Shown piece after piece: positions 41,495 to 53,244 of a stretch of DNA of 64,000 nt; within the stretch, counting starts at the first letter, position 1, and each line of letters opens with the position of its first letter. Location of the stretch: positions 18,811-82,810 of the forward strand of contig CAZLKR010000002.1 of the NCBI GenBank assembly GCA_964560155.1. The letters run 5' to 3'. The stretch is from an uncultured Aquiluna sp. Its GTDB lineage: Bacteria; Actinomycetota; Actinomycetes; Actinomycetales; Microbacteriaceae. Below the pieces are notes generated by a model, which did no database searches, had not been told where the DNA came from, and saw only the letters and a list, made by a program, of their open reading frames with translations. Made by a program: the position numbers and the translations under genes.

Positions 41495-42223
41495 GTGAGT
41501 GAAATTCAATTTAGATCCGACGTAACAGTTGAACTGGTGCGTGCCTCTGCCAATGACGCCGATGTGCTTTTTGCCGCCAGAGTCTCAACTCAGGGCGAGC
41601 AAACCCTCGAGAGTGCGAAGAGTTCGGATGCGGACACGGACAAGCGCGACAAGGGTCTAATCAACTACCTGATGCGCGATCGTCACGGATCTCCTTTTGA
41701 GCACAACTCTCTGACCTTCTACGTGCAGGCTCCGATTTTCGTGTTCCGCGAGTTCATGCGTCACCGCATCGCAAGCTACAACGAGGAATCGGGTCGCTAC
41801 CGCGAGCTACGTCCGGTGTTCTACGTTCCAGGTCCAGAGCGCAAGTTGATTCAGGTTGGAAAGCCTGGTCACTATGAGTTCCAAGACGGCACCGCCGAGC
41901 AGACCGCATTGGTCGAGCAGGAGACCATGGCCGTTACTCGCGCTGCCTATGAGTCTTACAAGCGCATGCTGGAGGCCGGTGTTGCCCGCGAGGTTGCCCG
42001 CATCGTGCTGCCGCTGAACATCTACTCGAGCATGTATGTCACCATGAACTCTCGCTCCCTGATGAACTTCCTATCGCTTCGCACCGCTCGCGAGGGAACT
42101 CACTTCCCATCCTTCCCACAGCGCGAAATTGAGATGGTTGCCGAGAAAATGGAAGACTACTGGGCCGCTCTTATGCCTTTGACCTACGAGTCCTTCAACG
42201 CCAACGGACGCGTCGCCCCGTAA
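41495..42223 (+). CDS. thyX: FAD-dependent thymidylate synthase
   Basis: HGSPFEH, RHRIASYNEESGRY signature, EVARIVLP; start moved to GTG 41495. Confidence 0.97.
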   Translation: MSEIQFRSDVTVELVRASANDADVLFAARVSTQGEQTLESAKSSDADTDKRDKGLINYLMRDRHGSPFEHNSLTFYVQAPIFVFREFMRHRIASYNEESGRYRELRPVFYVPGPERKLIQVGKPGHYEFQDGTAEQTALVEQETMAVTRAAYESYKRMLEAGVAREVARIVLPLNIYSSMYVTMNSRSLMNFLSLRTAREGTHFPSFPQREIEMVAEKMEDYWAALMPLTYESFNANGRVAP

Positions 42224-42289
42224 GTTTCTCTCACCGCCTTGAGAAAGCATTGCTTGGAGGTCGCTTTACCCAGCGGGTAGGCTAGTCAG

Positions 42290-43270
42290 ATGGTTCAAAA
42301 ACAACGAGACCTCTTCGGGCAGGTGCTAGTCGCGCTGGTGACCCCTATGACCGCCGAGGGTGAGGTCGACTGGGATGCAGTTGAGCGTCACATCGACTAC
42401 GTGATTTCAAACGGCGCGGATGGCGTTGTGGTTACCGGAACCACTGGCGAAACATCCACGCTCACCGACAAAGAGAAGATCAAGCTCGTTGAGGTTGGTA
42501 AGTCGGTATCTGCAGGTCGAGCCAAGATCATTACCGGTGGTGGATCAAACGAGACCGCGCACGCCATGCAGCTATACAAGGCCAGTGAAAAAGCCGGTGC
42601 CGATGGCGTGATGATTGTCACCCCTTATTACAACAAGCCAACTCAGGCTGGAATCCTCACGCACTTCCGCCTGATTGCGGATGCCACCGACTTGCCGGTG
42701 ATTTTGTATGACATTCCAGGTCGCACCGGAGTTGCAATTTCCTACGACACTTTCCACCGCGCTGCTAAGCACCCAAACATTGTTGCCATCAAGGATGCCA
42801 AGGGTGACCTAGCTCAGGCTTCACGTCTGATGCTGGAGACCGGTTTGTTGTATTTCTCGGGCGATGACTCAAATGTTTTGCCTCACCTTTCGATTGGTGC
42901 AACCGGTTTGATTGGTGTTACTGCAAACATTGCGCCGCACGCCTATCGCGCGATGGTGGATGCCACCAACAAGAATGACTTCCACGCAGCCCTAAAGGTT
43001 CACAATGCGCTTGAGCCGTTGCAGCGCGCGGTGATGACCCACGTCCCAGGAACTGTGGCTGCGAAGTATGTGCTGCACGGTCTGGGTCAGATCAATTCGC
43101 CGCGGGTTCGTCTACCTTTGGTTGGTCCCGAGGACCACGAGGCAGCTGCCATCGAAAGTGGTATTGACCAGGTGGTTGCGGTTCCTGGCTTGAGTTTTGA
43201 TAACTTCAGGCCTGACAGAAACGCCGCTGCCGGCGGAGCTTTGCCCAAGGTGGCAGGAACTACTCGCTAG
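42290..43270 (+). CDS. dapA: 4-hydroxy-tetrahydrodipicolinate synthase
   Basis: GTTGE, TPYYNKP, YDIPGRTG, AIKDA. Confidence 0.97.
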   Translation: MVQKQRDLFGQVLVALVTPMTAEGEVDWDAVERHIDYVISNGADGVVVTGTTGETSTLTDKEKIKLVEVGKSVSAGRAKIITGGGSNETAHAMQLYKASEKAGADGVMIVTPYYNKPTQAGILTHFRLIADATDLPVILYDIPGRTGVAISYDTFHRAAKHPNIVAIKDAKGDLAQASRLMLETGLLYFSGDDSNVLPHLSIGATGLIGVTANIAPHAYRAMVDATNKNDFHAALKVHNALEPLQRAVMTHVPGTVAAKYVLHGLGQINSPRVRLPLVGPEDHEAAAIESGIDQVVAVPGLSFDNFRPDRNAAAGGALPKVAGTTR

Positions 43271-44952
43271 TGGAATTTTCACCCCCAGCACCTCTGAAGC
43301 CAGGCGTCCTGCGCATCATTCCACTTGGTGGAATTGGCGAAATCGGCAGAAACATGACCGTCTTCGAACTTGACGGTCAGATCATGATTTTGGACTGCGG
43401 AGTGCTGTTCCCTGAGGAGACTCAGCCGGGAGTGGACCTGATTCTTCCTGACTTTGGCTACCTCGAGGACAAGCTTGATCGAATCGTAGGCACCGTGCTA
43501 ACCCATGGTCACGAGGACCACATCGGCGGTGTTCCATACCTGTTGGCGATGCGCAAAGACATCCCACTAATGGGCTCAAAGCTCACTTTGGCACTGGTGG
43601 AAGCCAAGCTCAAAGAACACAGGATTACTCCTTTCTCTCACACTGTGAAAGAGGGGCAAATCGAGCAGCTGGGGCCATTCAACCTTGAGTTTGTGGCGGT
43701 AAACCACTCCATTCCAGATTCACTTGCCGTGATTATTAGAAGCGCTGCCGGAACTGTTCTCGCGACCGGCGATTTCAAGATGGACCAGCTACCACTTGAT
43801 GGTCGCCTGACCGACCTTAGAACTTTTGCCCGCATCGGCGAAGAGGGTCTTGACCTGTTCATGGTGGATAGCACCAACGCTGATGTCCCAGGCTTTACTC
43901 CGCTGGAAAGAGAAATCGGACCGGTAATCGAGAACGTTATTAGCAAGACCCCGGGCAAGGTTGTCGTTGCTTCCTTCTCCTCTCACGTGCACCGCGTTCA
44001 GCAGGTGTTGGATGCAGCCGAGGCGAATAATCGCAAGGTGGCGTTTGTCGGTCGCAGCATGGTTCGCAACATGGGGATCGCAGCCGACCTTGGATACCTG
44101 CGGGTGCCGGCTGGTTTGATTGTTGATCTAAATGACATCGACGACATTCCAGACAACCGAATTGTTCTAATGTCAACCGGTAGCCAGGGTGAACCAATGG
44201 CTGTGCTCTCTAGGATTGCAAACCGTGATCACCGAATCATCATCGGTGAGGGTGACACGGTTCTGATGGCATCGTCTTTGATTCCCGGCAACGAGAATGC
44301 GGTCTACCGCGTCATCGATGGACTGATTCGCCTGGGTGCAAACGTCGTTCACAAGGGCAACGCGAAGGTTCACGTTTCAGGTCACTCTGCAGCGGGGGAG
44401 TTGCTCTACTGCTACAACATCCTCAAGCCTAAGAACGTGCTACCTATCCACGGCGAGGCTAGACATCTGCATGCCAATGCCAAGCTAGCCATCCAGACCG
44501 GTGTCCCTGCAGAGCAAACTTTGATTGTTCAAGATGGTGCCGTAATCGACCTATCTGATGGCGTTGCCAAGGTAGTCGGTCAGGTGCCTTGCGACATGCT
44601 CTACGTTGACGGCAAGACCGTTGGTAAGATCACCGACGAAGACCTAAAGGATCGCAGGATCTTGGCAGCCGAGGGCTTTATCTCCATCTTTGCGGTGATT
44701 GATCCAAGCACTGGCAAGGTTGTCGAGGGTCCGGAGATTAGGGCCAGGGCTTATGCCGAGGATGACCACGTGTTTGACGATATCTTGCCCGAGATTGAAA
44801 GAGCGCTCGAGCGTGCAGCGGTTGAGGGCGTGCGAGACACCTACACAATGCAGCAGGTAATTCGCAGGACCATTGGTGGCTGGGTGGCAAAAGCCCACCG
44901 CAGAAAGCCAATGATCATCCCGATTGTTGTTCATTCCTCCCGCCCTGCCTAG
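43270..44952 (+). CDS. rnj: Ribonuclease J
   Basis: PLGGIGEIGRN, THGHEDHIG, HSIPD, GSQGEP, HVSGH. Confidence 0.98.
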   Translation: MEFSPPAPLKPGVLRIIPLGGIGEIGRNMTVFELDGQIMILDCGVLFPEETQPGVDLILPDFGYLEDKLDRIVGTVLTHGHEDHIGGVPYLLAMRKDIPLMGSKLTLALVEAKLKEHRITPFSHTVKEGQIEQLGPFNLEFVAVNHSIPDSLAVIIRSAAGTVLATGDFKMDQLPLDGRLTDLRTFARIGEEGLDLFMVDSTNADVPGFTPLEREIGPVIENVISKTPGKVVVASFSSHVHRVQQVLDAAEANNRKVAFVGRSMVRNMGIAADLGYLRVPAGLIVDLNDIDDIPDNRIVLMSTGSQGEPMAVLSRIANRDHRIIIGEGDTVLMASSLIPGNENAVYRVIDGLIRLGANVVHKGNAKVHVSGHSAAGELLYCYNILKPKNVLPIHGEARHLHANAKLAIQTGVPAEQTLIVQDGAVIDLSDGVAKVVGQVPCDMLYVDGKTVGKITDEDLKDRRILAAEGFISIFAVIDPSTGKVVEGPEIRARAYAEDDHVFDDILPEIERALERAAVEGVRDTYTMQQVIRRTIGGWVAKAHRRKPMIIPIVVHSSRPA

Positions 44953-44987
44953 GGCTAATTGTCCCAAAGCCTTGCTAACTTGTTCGC

Positions 44988-47528
44988 ATGGCTTCAAAGA
45001 CCCCACCGCCTAGAAAACCAAGCGCGAGAAAACCAGCACGCAGTGTTGCGCCTCGCGCTGCTGCGCCCAGGTCTACTGCGGCTAAGCCTCGTCCGGCTAG
45101 AGCGCAAGGAACAGGCTTCTTTGCATCGCTAGCGAAGCTTTATCTTGGAGCCGCTCACCTTATGGGCAAGGCGGTCAGGGCCTTTAGCACCGAAAAACTA
45201 GCTGAAGAAGATCGCAGGGATGGCGCACCATTCTTTGTCTTCCTGCTCTCGGTGTTCGGGGCCACCTTTGCTTGGTTCCTGATCAATGAGCCATGGGCGA
45301 AGGCACTGCACTCCTACAGCTTTGGAATGTTGTTTGGTCTAGTTGCATACGCACTGCCGGCAATTTTCCTGTTCTACTCGCTATACCTGTTTAGGCACCC
45401 AGCCTCAGTGCGCGATAGCTCCCGGTTTGCGGTCGGTTTCTGGCTATTTCTCTCGGTAATTTCTGGCTTCTTCCACGTCTTTGGAGGAGCGCCATCTCCA
45501 AACGCTGATGGACCTGAAGGCCTGGCAGCAGCGGGAGGTCTTTTTGGTTGGTTAGTAGGCGGACCGCTTCTGAGTCTGCTTACCGTCTGGGGAGCAACTC
45601 CGGTACTGGTGCTACTGGTTGCGGCTTCGATTCTGATCATGACCGGAACTGCACCAAACAAGATCAAGTCGCGCTTTATCGAGTTCTACAACTTCCTGTT
45701 CGGCATCAAGCCCAAGACTGAGATAGCAGACGCTTTCGACGGCAAGAAGTCCAGCTGGTGGAACAAGGAAAAAGACACCAAGCCTGCCTTTGACACCGCC
45801 GTGGTTGAAGCAATTGATGACTTTGTTGATGAGCACCTTGAAGAGAAGTACCCGGTTGTTGAGGTCGATGACCCGATCGTGGAGCTCGGCTTTATGAACC
45901 AAGAAGAGGGCGTCACCGAACCGATTGATGTTGTAGACGCCGAGGCCGTGAAGGCACCTGCGGTCAAGCGCGCCAATAAGCCCTATGTCCTTCCATCCCT
46001 GGGATTGCTAGCCGCAGGAACTCCGCCAAAGGCAAAGAGTGCGGTAAACGACCAAATCGTTGCTGCCATCAACGACGTTTTCAAAGAGTTTGACGTCGAG
46101 GCAAGAGTCTCCGGATTCCAACGCGGCCCAACCGTTACCCGCTACGAGGTTGAACTTGCTCCCGGCGTGAAGGTCGAGGCAGTAACCAGGCTCTCAAACA
46201 ACATTTCCTACGCTGTTGCATCCAACGAGGTCCGGATTCTGGCCCCGATTCCGGGCAAGAGTGCCATTGGTATTGAGATTCCAAATACCGATCGTGAGAC
46301 GGTCTCGCTGGGCGATGTGCTTCGTAGCAAGAATGCCTCCACCAGCACCCACCCGCTCACCATCGGTGTCGGAAAAGATGTTGAGGGCGGTTACCTGGTT
46401 GCCAACTTGGCAAAGATGCCACACCTATTGGTAGCGGGAGCTACCGGTGCCGGTAAGTCATCTTTCGTCAACTCGATGATTACCTCGATTTTGATGCGCT
46501 CAAAGCCATCCGAGGTTCGCATGGTTCTAATTGACCCTAAGCGAGTGGAACTATCTGCGTATCAGGGCGTTCCGCACCTAGTGACCCCAATCATCACCAA
46601 CCCTAAGAAGGCGGCCGAAGCGCTGCAGTGGGTAGTGAAGGAGATGGATTCCAGGTATGACGATCTAGCAAGCTTTGGCTTTAAGCACATCGACGATTTC
46701 AATCGAGCCATTGTGGCTGGCGAAGTTTCCCTGCCGGAGAATTCTCGCCGTGAGTTGCAGCCCTATCCATACCTGTTGGTAGTGGTTGACGAGTTGGCCG
46801 ATTTGATGATTGTTGCCCCGCGTGATGTGGAAGATTCGATTGTTCGCATCACTCAGTTGGCTCGTGCCTCAGGTATTCACTTGGTGCTTGCTACCCAAAG
46901 GCCTTCGGTTGATGTGGTGACTGGACTAATCAAGGCGAACGTGCCTTCCAGACTCGCCTTCTCCGTCTCCTCAGTAACCGACTCCAGGGTGATCCTGGAC
47001 CAGCCAGGTGCCGAGAAGCTGGTTGGTCAGGGTGATGCGCTATTCGCTCCAATGGGCACCAACAAGCCAGTGCGCGTCCAGGGAGCTTGGATCGCCGAAG
47101 ATGAGCTGCACCGAGTAGTTGCTCACGTGAAGGCCCAAATGGAGCCGGAGTATCGAAACGATGTCACCGTGGTTCAGGAAACTCGCGTTGTAGATAGCGA
47201 CATCGGAGACGATCTTGACCTACTGCTGCAAGCCACCAATCTGGTTGTGAATTCTCAGTTCGGTTCCACCTCGATGCTGCAGAGAAAACTAAGGGTTGGT
47301 TTTGCAAAGGCCGGGCGCCTGATGGATCTGATGGAGTCTCGCGGAATTGTTGGACCATCCGAAGGCTCTAAGGCCAGGGATGTTTTGGTAAAGCCAGATG
47401 AGTTACCAGCACTACTTGCAAAGCTTTCCGGAGCGACCACCGCTGTGTTTGAGGGGGATTTACCTCCTGATGACGAAGACGGCGATGAGGACGCTTGGCA
47501 ACTAACCGGCAGGCGAGATGACTTCTAG
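44988..47528 (+). CDS. ftsK: DNA translocase FtsK
   Basis: N-terminal TM domain, [25 protein letters not shown], gamma domain [21 protein letters not shown]. Confidence 0.98.
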   Translation: MASKTPPPRKPSARKPARSVAPRAAAPRSTAAKPRPARAQGTGFFASLAKLYLGAAHLMGKAVRAFSTEKLAEEDRRDGAPFFVFLLSVFGATFAWFLINEPWAKALHSYSFGMLFGLVAYALPAIFLFYSLYLFRHPASVRDSSRFAVGFWLFLSVISGFFHVFGGAPSPNADGPEGLAAAGGLFGWLVGGPLLSLLTVWGATPVLVLLVAASILIMTGTAPNKIKSRFIEFYNFLFGIKPKTEIADAFDGKKSSWWNKEKDTKPAFDTAVVEAIDDFVDEHLEEKYPVVEVDDPIVELGFMNQEEGVTEPIDVVDAEAVKAPAVKRANKPYVLPSLGLLAAGTPPKAKSAVNDQIVAAINDVFKEFDVEARVSGFQRGPTVTRYEVELAPGVKVEAVTRLSNNISYAVASNEVRILAPIPGKSAIGIEIPNTDRETVSLGDVLRSKNASTSTHPLTIGVGKDVEGGYLVANLAKMPHLLVAGATGAGKSSFVNSMITSILMRSKPSEVRMVLIDPKRVELSAYQGVPHLVTPIITNPKKAAEALQWVVKEMDSRYDDLASFGFKHIDDFNRAIVAGEVSLPENSRRELQPYPYLLVVVDELADLMIVAPRDVEDSIVRITQLARASGIHLVLATQRPSVDVVTGLIKANVPSRLAFSVSSVTDSRVILDQPGAEKLVGQGDALFAPMGTNKPVRVQGAWIAEDELHRVVAHVKAQMEPEYRNDVTVVQETRVVDSDIGDDLDLLLQATNLVVNSQFGSTSMLQRKLRVGFAKAGRLMDLMESRGIVGPSEGSKARDVLVKPDELPALLAKLSGATTAVFEGDLPPDDEDGDEDAWQLTGRRDDF

Positions 47529-48066
47529 ATCCTTTTTTTACCGCCAAACTCCAAATCTGATTACATCGCTTCGGATCCTTATGGTTCCGATTGTGCTTTG
47601 GCTGATTATGGTCGGATGGGATTCTTTTGCTGAGCGAATGATTGCGCTGGTGCTGTTGGTCTTGGCGGCCTCCACCGACGGCATCGATGGCGCAATTGCG
47701 AGAAAGCGCAATTTAGTTACCAACCTCGGCAAGATTCTTGACCCGATTGCGGATAAGGCATTGCTCTCCGGAGCGTTGATTGTGCTTTCCATCCAAGGTG
47801 CGGTGCCGTGGTGGGCAACCGTTTTGATTCTGATTCGAGAGTTTGGAATAACCGTTTACCGACTCATCGTTGCCAAGAAACGGGTAATTGCAGCCTCCGG
47901 TGGTGGGAAGTTCAAGACCGTCATCCAGATCATTGGTGTGTCGATGGCGGTAGCACCTTTTGACTTCTTAGGGGCTTGGTGGAGCTGGCTGACCCAGGCC
48001 GTGATTCTGTTTGCCGTTGTGATTACCTGGTACACCGGAATCCAGTACCTCAGGCCACAAAAGTGA
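47518..48066 (+). CDS. pgsA: CDP-diacylglycerol--glycerol-3-phosphate phosphatidyltransferase
   Basis: PNLITSLRI; [10 protein letters not shown]...[13 protein letters not shown]-alcohol phosphotransferase motif. Confidence 0.93.
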   Translation: MTSRSFFYRQTPNLITSLRILMVPIVLWLIMVGWDSFAERMIALVLLVLAASTDGIDGAIARKRNLVTNLGKILDPIADKALLSGALIVLSIQGAVPWWATVLILIREFGITVYRLIVAKKRVIAASGGGKFKTVIQIIGVSMAVAPFDFLGAWWSWLTQAVILFAVVITWYTGIQYLRPQK

Positions 48067-48551
48067 CACTTGCACACAAACTTACTGAGCACGGATTCTT
48101 TGTCGCTACGGCCGAATCGCTAACCGCGGGGTCGGTAAGCGCAGAGTTGGCAAACAACGCCGGCGCCTCAAAGTTCTTGCTCGGTGGGATTGTGAGCTAC
48201 CAGGACGACACAAAAATTCAGCAATTGGGAGTTGATGCAAAGGCACTATCGCAGCGCACGGCAATCGATGCGGAGATTGCGGTGCAAATGGCGGTTGGGG
48301 TTAGGTCTAAATTTGCAAGCGACTGCTCCAAGGATCTGAAAAAAGTGATTGGTGTTTCAACCACCGGTGTCGCTGGCCCCGATCCAGTGGGTAATCACCC
48401 GGTCGGGCTGGTTTATTTGGGCATCGCTTCCGCCATCTCGACTCGGTCGATAGCTCTTCAACTCAGCGGTTCTAGAGCGGAAGTAAGAGCCGCGACCGTG
48501 GCCGCCGCGCTTTTGGCTATTGAGGATGAAATTCACCTACTTCTTGGTTGA
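48063..48551 (+). CDS. cinA: CinA C-terminal domain protein (NMN amidohydrolase, PncC-like)
   Basis: ATAESLTAG, GAS, STTGVAGP, PVGLVYLG; GTG 48063 overlaps pgsA stop. Confidence 0.88.
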   Translation: MTLAHKLTEHGFFVATAESLTAGSVSAELANNAGASKFLLGGIVSYQDDTKIQQLGVDAKALSQRTAIDAEIAVQMAVGVRSKFASDCSKDLKKVIGVSTTGVAGPDPVGNHPVGLVYLGIASAISTRSIALQLSGSRAEVRAATVAAALLAIEDEIHLLLG

Positions 48552-48627
48552 GAATCAGGAAACATTCAGCAAGCAAATGTAAATTTGTCCGAATCAACCG
48601 CTAGGTTATTTTCCAGGAGGAAAACCT

Positions 48628-48951
48628 TTGGTACTACTAAGGCAAGAGATCGGTGACGTTTTACGTTCACACCGACTTCGTCGTGGCCAGACTTTGCGTC
48701 AGGTGGCAGCGAAGGCGTCCGTTGCGCTTGGTTACCTCTCCGAAGTAGAGCGCGGCCAGAAGGAAGTCTCCTCGGAGATTCTGGCTTCTGTCGCAGATGC
48801 TTTAGAAGTTCCGCTTTCGGTTGTTATGCGCGAGGTCTCAGACCGAGTCGCTTCGGTAGAAGGCATTTACCTAGACGACACTTACATTCCTGACACTGTG
48901 CCTGACGCCTTCATGACCGAGGCAGAGCTTTTCGCACAGACTAAGTTTTGA
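48628..48951 (+). CDS. clgR: XRE-family HTH regulator, ClgR-like
   Basis: GQTLRQVA...LGYLSEVERGQKEVSSEILASV; pgsA-cinA-clgR order; TTG start after AGGAGG. Confidence 0.8.
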   Translation: MVLLRQEIGDVLRSHRLRRGQTLRQVAAKASVALGYLSEVERGQKEVSSEILASVADALEVPLSVVMREVSDRVASVEGIYLDDTYIPDTVPDAFMTEAELFAQTKF

Positions 48952-49175
48952 AACTAAGTCAATTTCACCAGCTTCTCCACGATGAGTTTGGGGCGCAATT
49001 TGCCCAGGTTTTACTCCGCGACTTTCGTCTGCAGCAATTCCAAGATCAAACTGCCGAAGAGCTCATTCGTGCCGGCGTCGACCCAAAACTAATTTGGCTT
49101 GAACTTTGCAAGCAGCAGTCGGTGCCTAAGGAGCGTTGGACTGGCATTCCGGTAAAGAAAAGACACGCCGAATAA
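48948..49175 (+). CDS. DUF3046 family protein
   Basis: MKLSQF...EFG...TAEELIRAGVDPKLIW; directly upstream of recA. Confidence 0.8.
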   Translation: MKLSQFHQLLHDEFGAQFAQVLLRDFRLQQFQDQTAEELIRAGVDPKLIWLELCKQQSVPKERWTGIPVKKRHAE

Positions 49176-49180
49176 ATCAT

Positions 49181-49196
49181 TCGAAATTTTGTTCGA
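49181..49196. promoter_or_regulatory. LexA (SOS) box upstream of recA
   Basis: TCGAAATTTTGTTCGA, one mismatch from TCGAAC-N4-GTTCGA. Confidence 0.75.
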
Positions 49197-49266
49197 ACAT
49201 CTAGTGTTCTATCTAGATAGGCCAAGAGTGCTTAGTTATCAACAGTTCGATTGCTTGAGACTAAAA

Positions 49267-49288
49267 AGTCAGACCTACAAATTAGCTT
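49267..49288 (+). promoter_or_regulatory. RecA-NDp/PafBC-type promoter candidate for recA
   Basis: AGTCAG-N10-TAGCTT versus TGTCRG-N10-TANNNT. Confidence 0.5.
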
Positions 49289-49315
49289 CTAGAAAGCTAA
49301 AGAAAGAGGTAGAAA

Positions 49316-50380
49316 ATGCCAAGTGCATCCGACAGAGAGAAATCGCTAGAAACCGCGCTAGCGCAGATTGACCGCCAGTTCGGTAAGGGTTCGGTCATGC
49401 GACTGGGCAGCGAAGAGCGCGCTCCTATTGAGGCGATTTCCACCAGTTCGATCGCCCTAGATGTAGCTCTGGGTATTGGCGGCTTGCCAAAGGGTCGAAT
49501 CGTTGAGATCTACGGTCCAGAGTCTTCTGGTAAGACCACCTTGGCACTGCACGCAATTGCCAATGCACAGCGCAATGGCGGCATCGCAGCCTTCATCGAC
49601 GCCGAGCACGCACTTGACCCGGAGTACGCCAAGGCTCTAGGCGTCGACATTGACGCTCTTTTGGTCAGCCAGCCTGACACCGGTGAGCAGGCACTTGAGA
49701 TTACCGACATGTTGATTCGCTCCGGCTCTATCGACGTTGTTGTCATTGACTCGGTTGCGGCACTTGTTCCAAGAGCTGAAATCGAGGGTGAAATGGGAGA
49801 CTCACACGTCGGCCTCCAGGCTCGCTTGATGTCTCAGGCACTTCGAAAGCTGACCGGAGCTTTGAGCAACACCAACACCACCGCAATCTTCATCAACCAG
49901 CTGCGCGAAAAGATCGGTGTGTTCTTTGGTTCTCCTGAGACCACCGCAGGTGGAAAGGCATTGAAGTTCTACGCGTCAGTGCGTTTGGACATCCGCCGAA
50001 TTGAAACCCTGAAAGAGGGTACCGACGCAGTTGGTAACCGCACTCGCGTCAAGGTTGTAAAGAACAAGCTTGCGTCACCTTTCAAGCAGGCCGAGTTTGA
50101 CATCATGTTTGGTGAGGGCATTTCTCGCGAAGGCGGTCTCATTGACTTCGGCGTAGAGCAGGACATCGTAAAGAAGTCTGGCGCTTGGTACACCTTTGAT
50201 GGCGAGCAGCTTGGACAGGGTAAAGAGAACTCCAGGCGCTTCTTGAAGGACAACCCTGCCATGGCAGACACCATCGAGAAGAAGATCAGACACAAGCTTG
50301 GTATCGGCGTGCCACGAGCCGTAGCAGACTTGCCAGCCGAGGAGGCCCCAGAGGTCGCCAAGGCCGCAAACGATGCCTAA
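49316..50380 (+). CDS. recA: Recombinase A (no intein)
   Basis: [41 protein letters not shown]. Confidence 0.99.
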   Translation: MPSASDREKSLETALAQIDRQFGKGSVMRLGSEERAPIEAISTSSIALDVALGIGGLPKGRIVEIYGPESSGKTTLALHAIANAQRNGGIAAFIDAEHALDPEYAKALGVDIDALLVSQPDTGEQALEITDMLIRSGSIDVVVIDSVAALVPRAEIEGEMGDSHVGLQARLMSQALRKLTGALSNTNTTAIFINQLREKIGVFFGSPETTAGGKALKFYASVRLDIRRIETLKEGTDAVGNRTRVKVVKNKLASPFKQAEFDIMFGEGISREGGLIDFGVEQDIVKKSGAWYTFDGEQLGQGKENSRRFLKDNPAMADTIEKKIRHKLGIGVPRAVADLPAEEAPEVAKAANDA

Positions 50381-50858
50381 CGAACCATCCGACGAGAAGC
50401 TGGAGCAGCGGGCCAAGAATGTCCTGCTGTTCCAGCTTTCTCGTTCCATGAAGACTCGCTACCAACTGGCAAAGATTCTCGAAAAGCGCGAGATTCCGAA
50501 CGAAATTGCCAATGCGGTTCTTGATCGTTTCACTGAGGCACAGCTCATCGACGACGCTGCCTTTGCCAGAGCATTTGTAAATTCCAGATTGGCAATTTCC
50601 GGGAAGTCTCGATCGGTTATTGCCAGAGAGCTCAAGCAAAGAGGTGTCAGCGCCGACGATGCGCAAGAGGCCCTCAGCATCATTGATTCTGAACTTGAGG
50701 ACCAAACCGCTTACAGCGTCGCCAAGAAGCGCTACCAACAGCTTTCGTCGTTAGCTCCCGAGGTGCGCAGACGACGCCTGATGGGGTTTCTAATGCGCCG
50801 AGGTTTTTCCTCTTCGCTAACCACAAGAATTCTGCGGGACTTAGAGCAGTCAGAGTAA
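50373..50858 (+). CDS. recX: Regulatory protein RecX
   Basis: [27 protein letters not shown]; overlaps recA end. Confidence 0.93.
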   Translation: MPNEPSDEKLEQRAKNVLLFQLSRSMKTRYQLAKILEKREIPNEIANAVLDRFTEAQLIDDAAFARAFVNSRLAISGKSRSVIARELKQRGVSADDAQEALSIIDSELEDQTAYSVAKKRYQQLSSLAPEVRRRRLMGFLMRRGFSSSLTTRILRDLEQSE

Positions 50859-50870
50859 AATCCTCTGGCT

Positions 50871-52340
50871 ATGTCACTTACTTACGAGGTCCGCACCTAC
50901 GGCTGTCAGATGAACGTTCATGACTCTGAACGTATCTCCGGCTTGCTTGAATCTGCGGGCTACACAAAGGCCGAGGGTGCTGATCCCGACCTGGTTGTAT
51001 TCAACACCTGTGCGGTGCGTGAGAACGCGGACAACAAGCTTTACGGCAACCTAGGAACCATGCTGCCGAAGAAGGAATCCAATCCAAATCTGCAGATTGC
51101 GGTTGGCGGCTGCTTGGCTCAAAAAGACCAAGATGTAATCATCAAAAAGGCCCCCTGGGTTGATGTGGTTTTTGGAACCCACAACATGGGCTCGCTCCCG
51201 ACGCTTTTAGAGCGAGCACGCCACAACAATGAGGCTCAGGTCGAGCTTTTGGAATCCCTAGAAGTTTTCCCCTCGACCTTGCCAACCAAGCGCGAATCTG
51301 CCTACTCCGGCTGGGTATCTATCTCCGTTGGCTGTAACAACACCTGCACCTTCTGCATCGTGCCAGCTCTTCGAGGCAAAGAGAAAGACCGCCGTCCGGG
51401 CGATGTGTTGGCCGAAGTGAACGCGTTGGTTCAAGACGGAGCTATTGAAGTTACTTTGCTGGGTCAAAACGTAAACACCTACGGTGTTGAGTTTGGCGAC
51501 AAAGGTGCATTTGCCAAACTACTTCGGGCTTGCGGTCACATTGAAGGACTTGAGCGAGTTCGATTCACCTCGCCGCACCCGGCCGCCTTCACCGACGACG
51601 TCATTGAAGCGATGGCCGACACTCACAATGTGATGCCACAGCTTCACATGCCGCTTCAGTCAGGCTCTGACCGCATTCTCAAGGAGATGCGTCGCAGTTA
51701 TCGCAGCGAGAAGTATTTGGGCATTTTGGATCGAGTTCGCAAGCTGATTCCTGATGCCTCAATTACCACGGACATCATTGTCGGATTCCCAGGGGAAACC
51801 GAAGAAGATTTCCTCGAGACCATGAGGGTTGTCGAGGCTTCCAGGTTCGCCACCGCCTACACCTTCCAGTACTCGAAGCGGCCTGGCACCCCTGCTGCTG
51901 AGCTTCCCGATCAACTTCCCAAAGAAGTGGTTCAGGAACGCTACGAACGCCTCTTAGCGCTAGTAAATGACATTGCTTGGCAAGAGAACCAGAAGCAGGT
52001 TGGCAAGACCGTAGAAGTCTTGGTAGCCACTGGAGAGGGTCGCAAGGACTCCCAGACTCACCGCCAAACCGGTAGGACTCAAGACAATCGCTTAGTTCAC
52101 TTTGATGTCCCTGAAGGGGGCGAAGTCGCCCGGCCCGGAGATCTGGTGACCGTCGACGTCACTCAGGCTGCGCCTTATCACTTGCTAGCGGAAAGTTCTC
52201 CAGGTTCGGTTTACCAAGTTCGTCGCACCCGAGGGGGAGACGCATACGATCGTCGCCAGCTTGAGAGCTGTGGCGCACCAACACCTGGCAGCGGCAAGGT
52301 CACGCTCGGCATCCCGATCAGGGCTAAGAGTGTCCTTTAG
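50871..52340 (+). CDS. miaB: tRNA-2-methylthio-N6-dimethylallyladenosine synthase
   Basis: [19 protein letters not shown], radical [22 protein letters not shown]. Confidence 0.98.
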   Translation: MSLTYEVRTYGCQMNVHDSERISGLLESAGYTKAEGADPDLVVFNTCAVRENADNKLYGNLGTMLPKKESNPNLQIAVGGCLAQKDQDVIIKKAPWVDVVFGTHNMGSLPTLLERARHNNEAQVELLESLEVFPSTLPTKRESAYSGWVSISVGCNNTCTFCIVPALRGKEKDRRPGDVLAEVNALVQDGAIEVTLLGQNVNTYGVEFGDKGAFAKLLRACGHIEGLERVRFTSPHPAAFTDDVIEAMADTHNVMPQLHMPLQSGSDRILKEMRRSYRSEKYLGILDRVRKLIPDASITTDIIVGFPGETEEDFLETMRVVEASRFATAYTFQYSKRPGTPAAELPDQLPKEVVQERYERLLALVNDIAWQENQKQVGKTVEVLVATGEGRKDSQTHRQTGRTQDNRLVHFDVPEGGEVARPGDLVTVDVTQAAPYHLLAESSPGSVYQVRRTRGGDAYDRRQLESCGAPTPGSGKVTLGIPIRAKSVL

Positions 52341-53244
52341 CGTCCTCGCTCTTGTTGGCCCAACAGCCTCGGGTAAGACCGGACTCGCGTTGGAACTGGC
52401 CTCTGCAATGGCAGACATGGGTCACCCGATAGAAATCGTTAATGCCGATGCGATGCAGCTTTATGCAGGAATGGACATTGGCACTGCAAAACTGTCGCCG
52501 GCTGAGCGCCAGACGCCTGCGCATCACCTGTTCGATGTGATCACCCCTAATCAAGAGATGACGGCGGTTGAATACCAGCGAATTGCGAGAGTTACCTGCG
52601 AATCCATTATCGCTTCAGGCAAGATCCCGCTGCTGGTTGGTGGAAGCATGTTCTACATCGCGGCAGCACTGGACAACCTGGACTTTGCTCCAACCGACCC
52701 GAGCGTTCGCGCCCAACTGGAAGAAGAATCCGCCAGGCTAGGCGCGCTAGCCCTGCATGAGCGACTCAAGGGCCTTGACCCTGTGACCGCAGAGAAGATT
52801 CCGGCACAGAACATTCGCAGGGTGGTGAGGGCCCTGGAGGTCATTGCCATAACTGGTGAAAGCTACTCATCGTCACTCCCGGAACCTACCTATTGGCTGC
52901 CAACGCTCCAACTTGGGATAGAAGTCGACCGCGAGGTCCTAAAAGCCAGGATCTTGCTTCGGGTGGAGCAGATGTGGCAGCAGGGCATCGTGGACGAGGT
53001 CGAAGGCCTATTGCGCCAAGGAGAACTTGGCAAGACCGCGAGAATGGCGATTGGCTACAAGCAAGCGATTGCCCAACTGCGCGGGGAAATGACCGAAGAG
53101 GAAGCCAAAGCTGAGACAGTAGCACTCACGAATCGCTATGCCAGACGGCAAATGTCATGGTTCCGCCGGGATAAGCGCATTCATTGGTTATCGGGCGACC
53201 AGATGCTCTCGGAGGCCTTGAACCTGATTAAGCTTGAGGCATGA
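52330..53244 (+). CDS. miaA: tRNA dimethylallyltransferase
   Basis: [32 protein letters not shown]; start moved to GTG 52330. Confidence 0.97.
   Translation: MSFSVLALVGPTASGKTGLALELASAMADMGHPIEIVNADAMQLYAGMDIGTAKLSPAERQTPAHHLFDVITPNQEMTAVEYQRIARVTCESIIASGKIPLLVGGSMFYIAAALDNLDFAPTDPSVRAQLEEESARLGALALHERLKGLDPVTAEKIPAQNIRRVVRALEVIAITGESYSSSLPEPTYWLPTLQLGIEVDREVLKARILLRVEQMWQQGIVDEVEGLLRQGELGKTARMAIGYKQAIAQLRGEMTEEEAKAETVALTNRYARRQMSWFRRDKRIHWLSGDQMLSEALNLIKLEA

Noticed and set aside
42224-42289. Lysine riboswitch before dapA
   Set aside because: The spacer is only 66 bp and dapA appears leaderless
49189-49371. 60-aa ORF upstream of and overlapping recA
   Set aside because: It runs through the recA promoter and SOS box, with no SD or recognisable features
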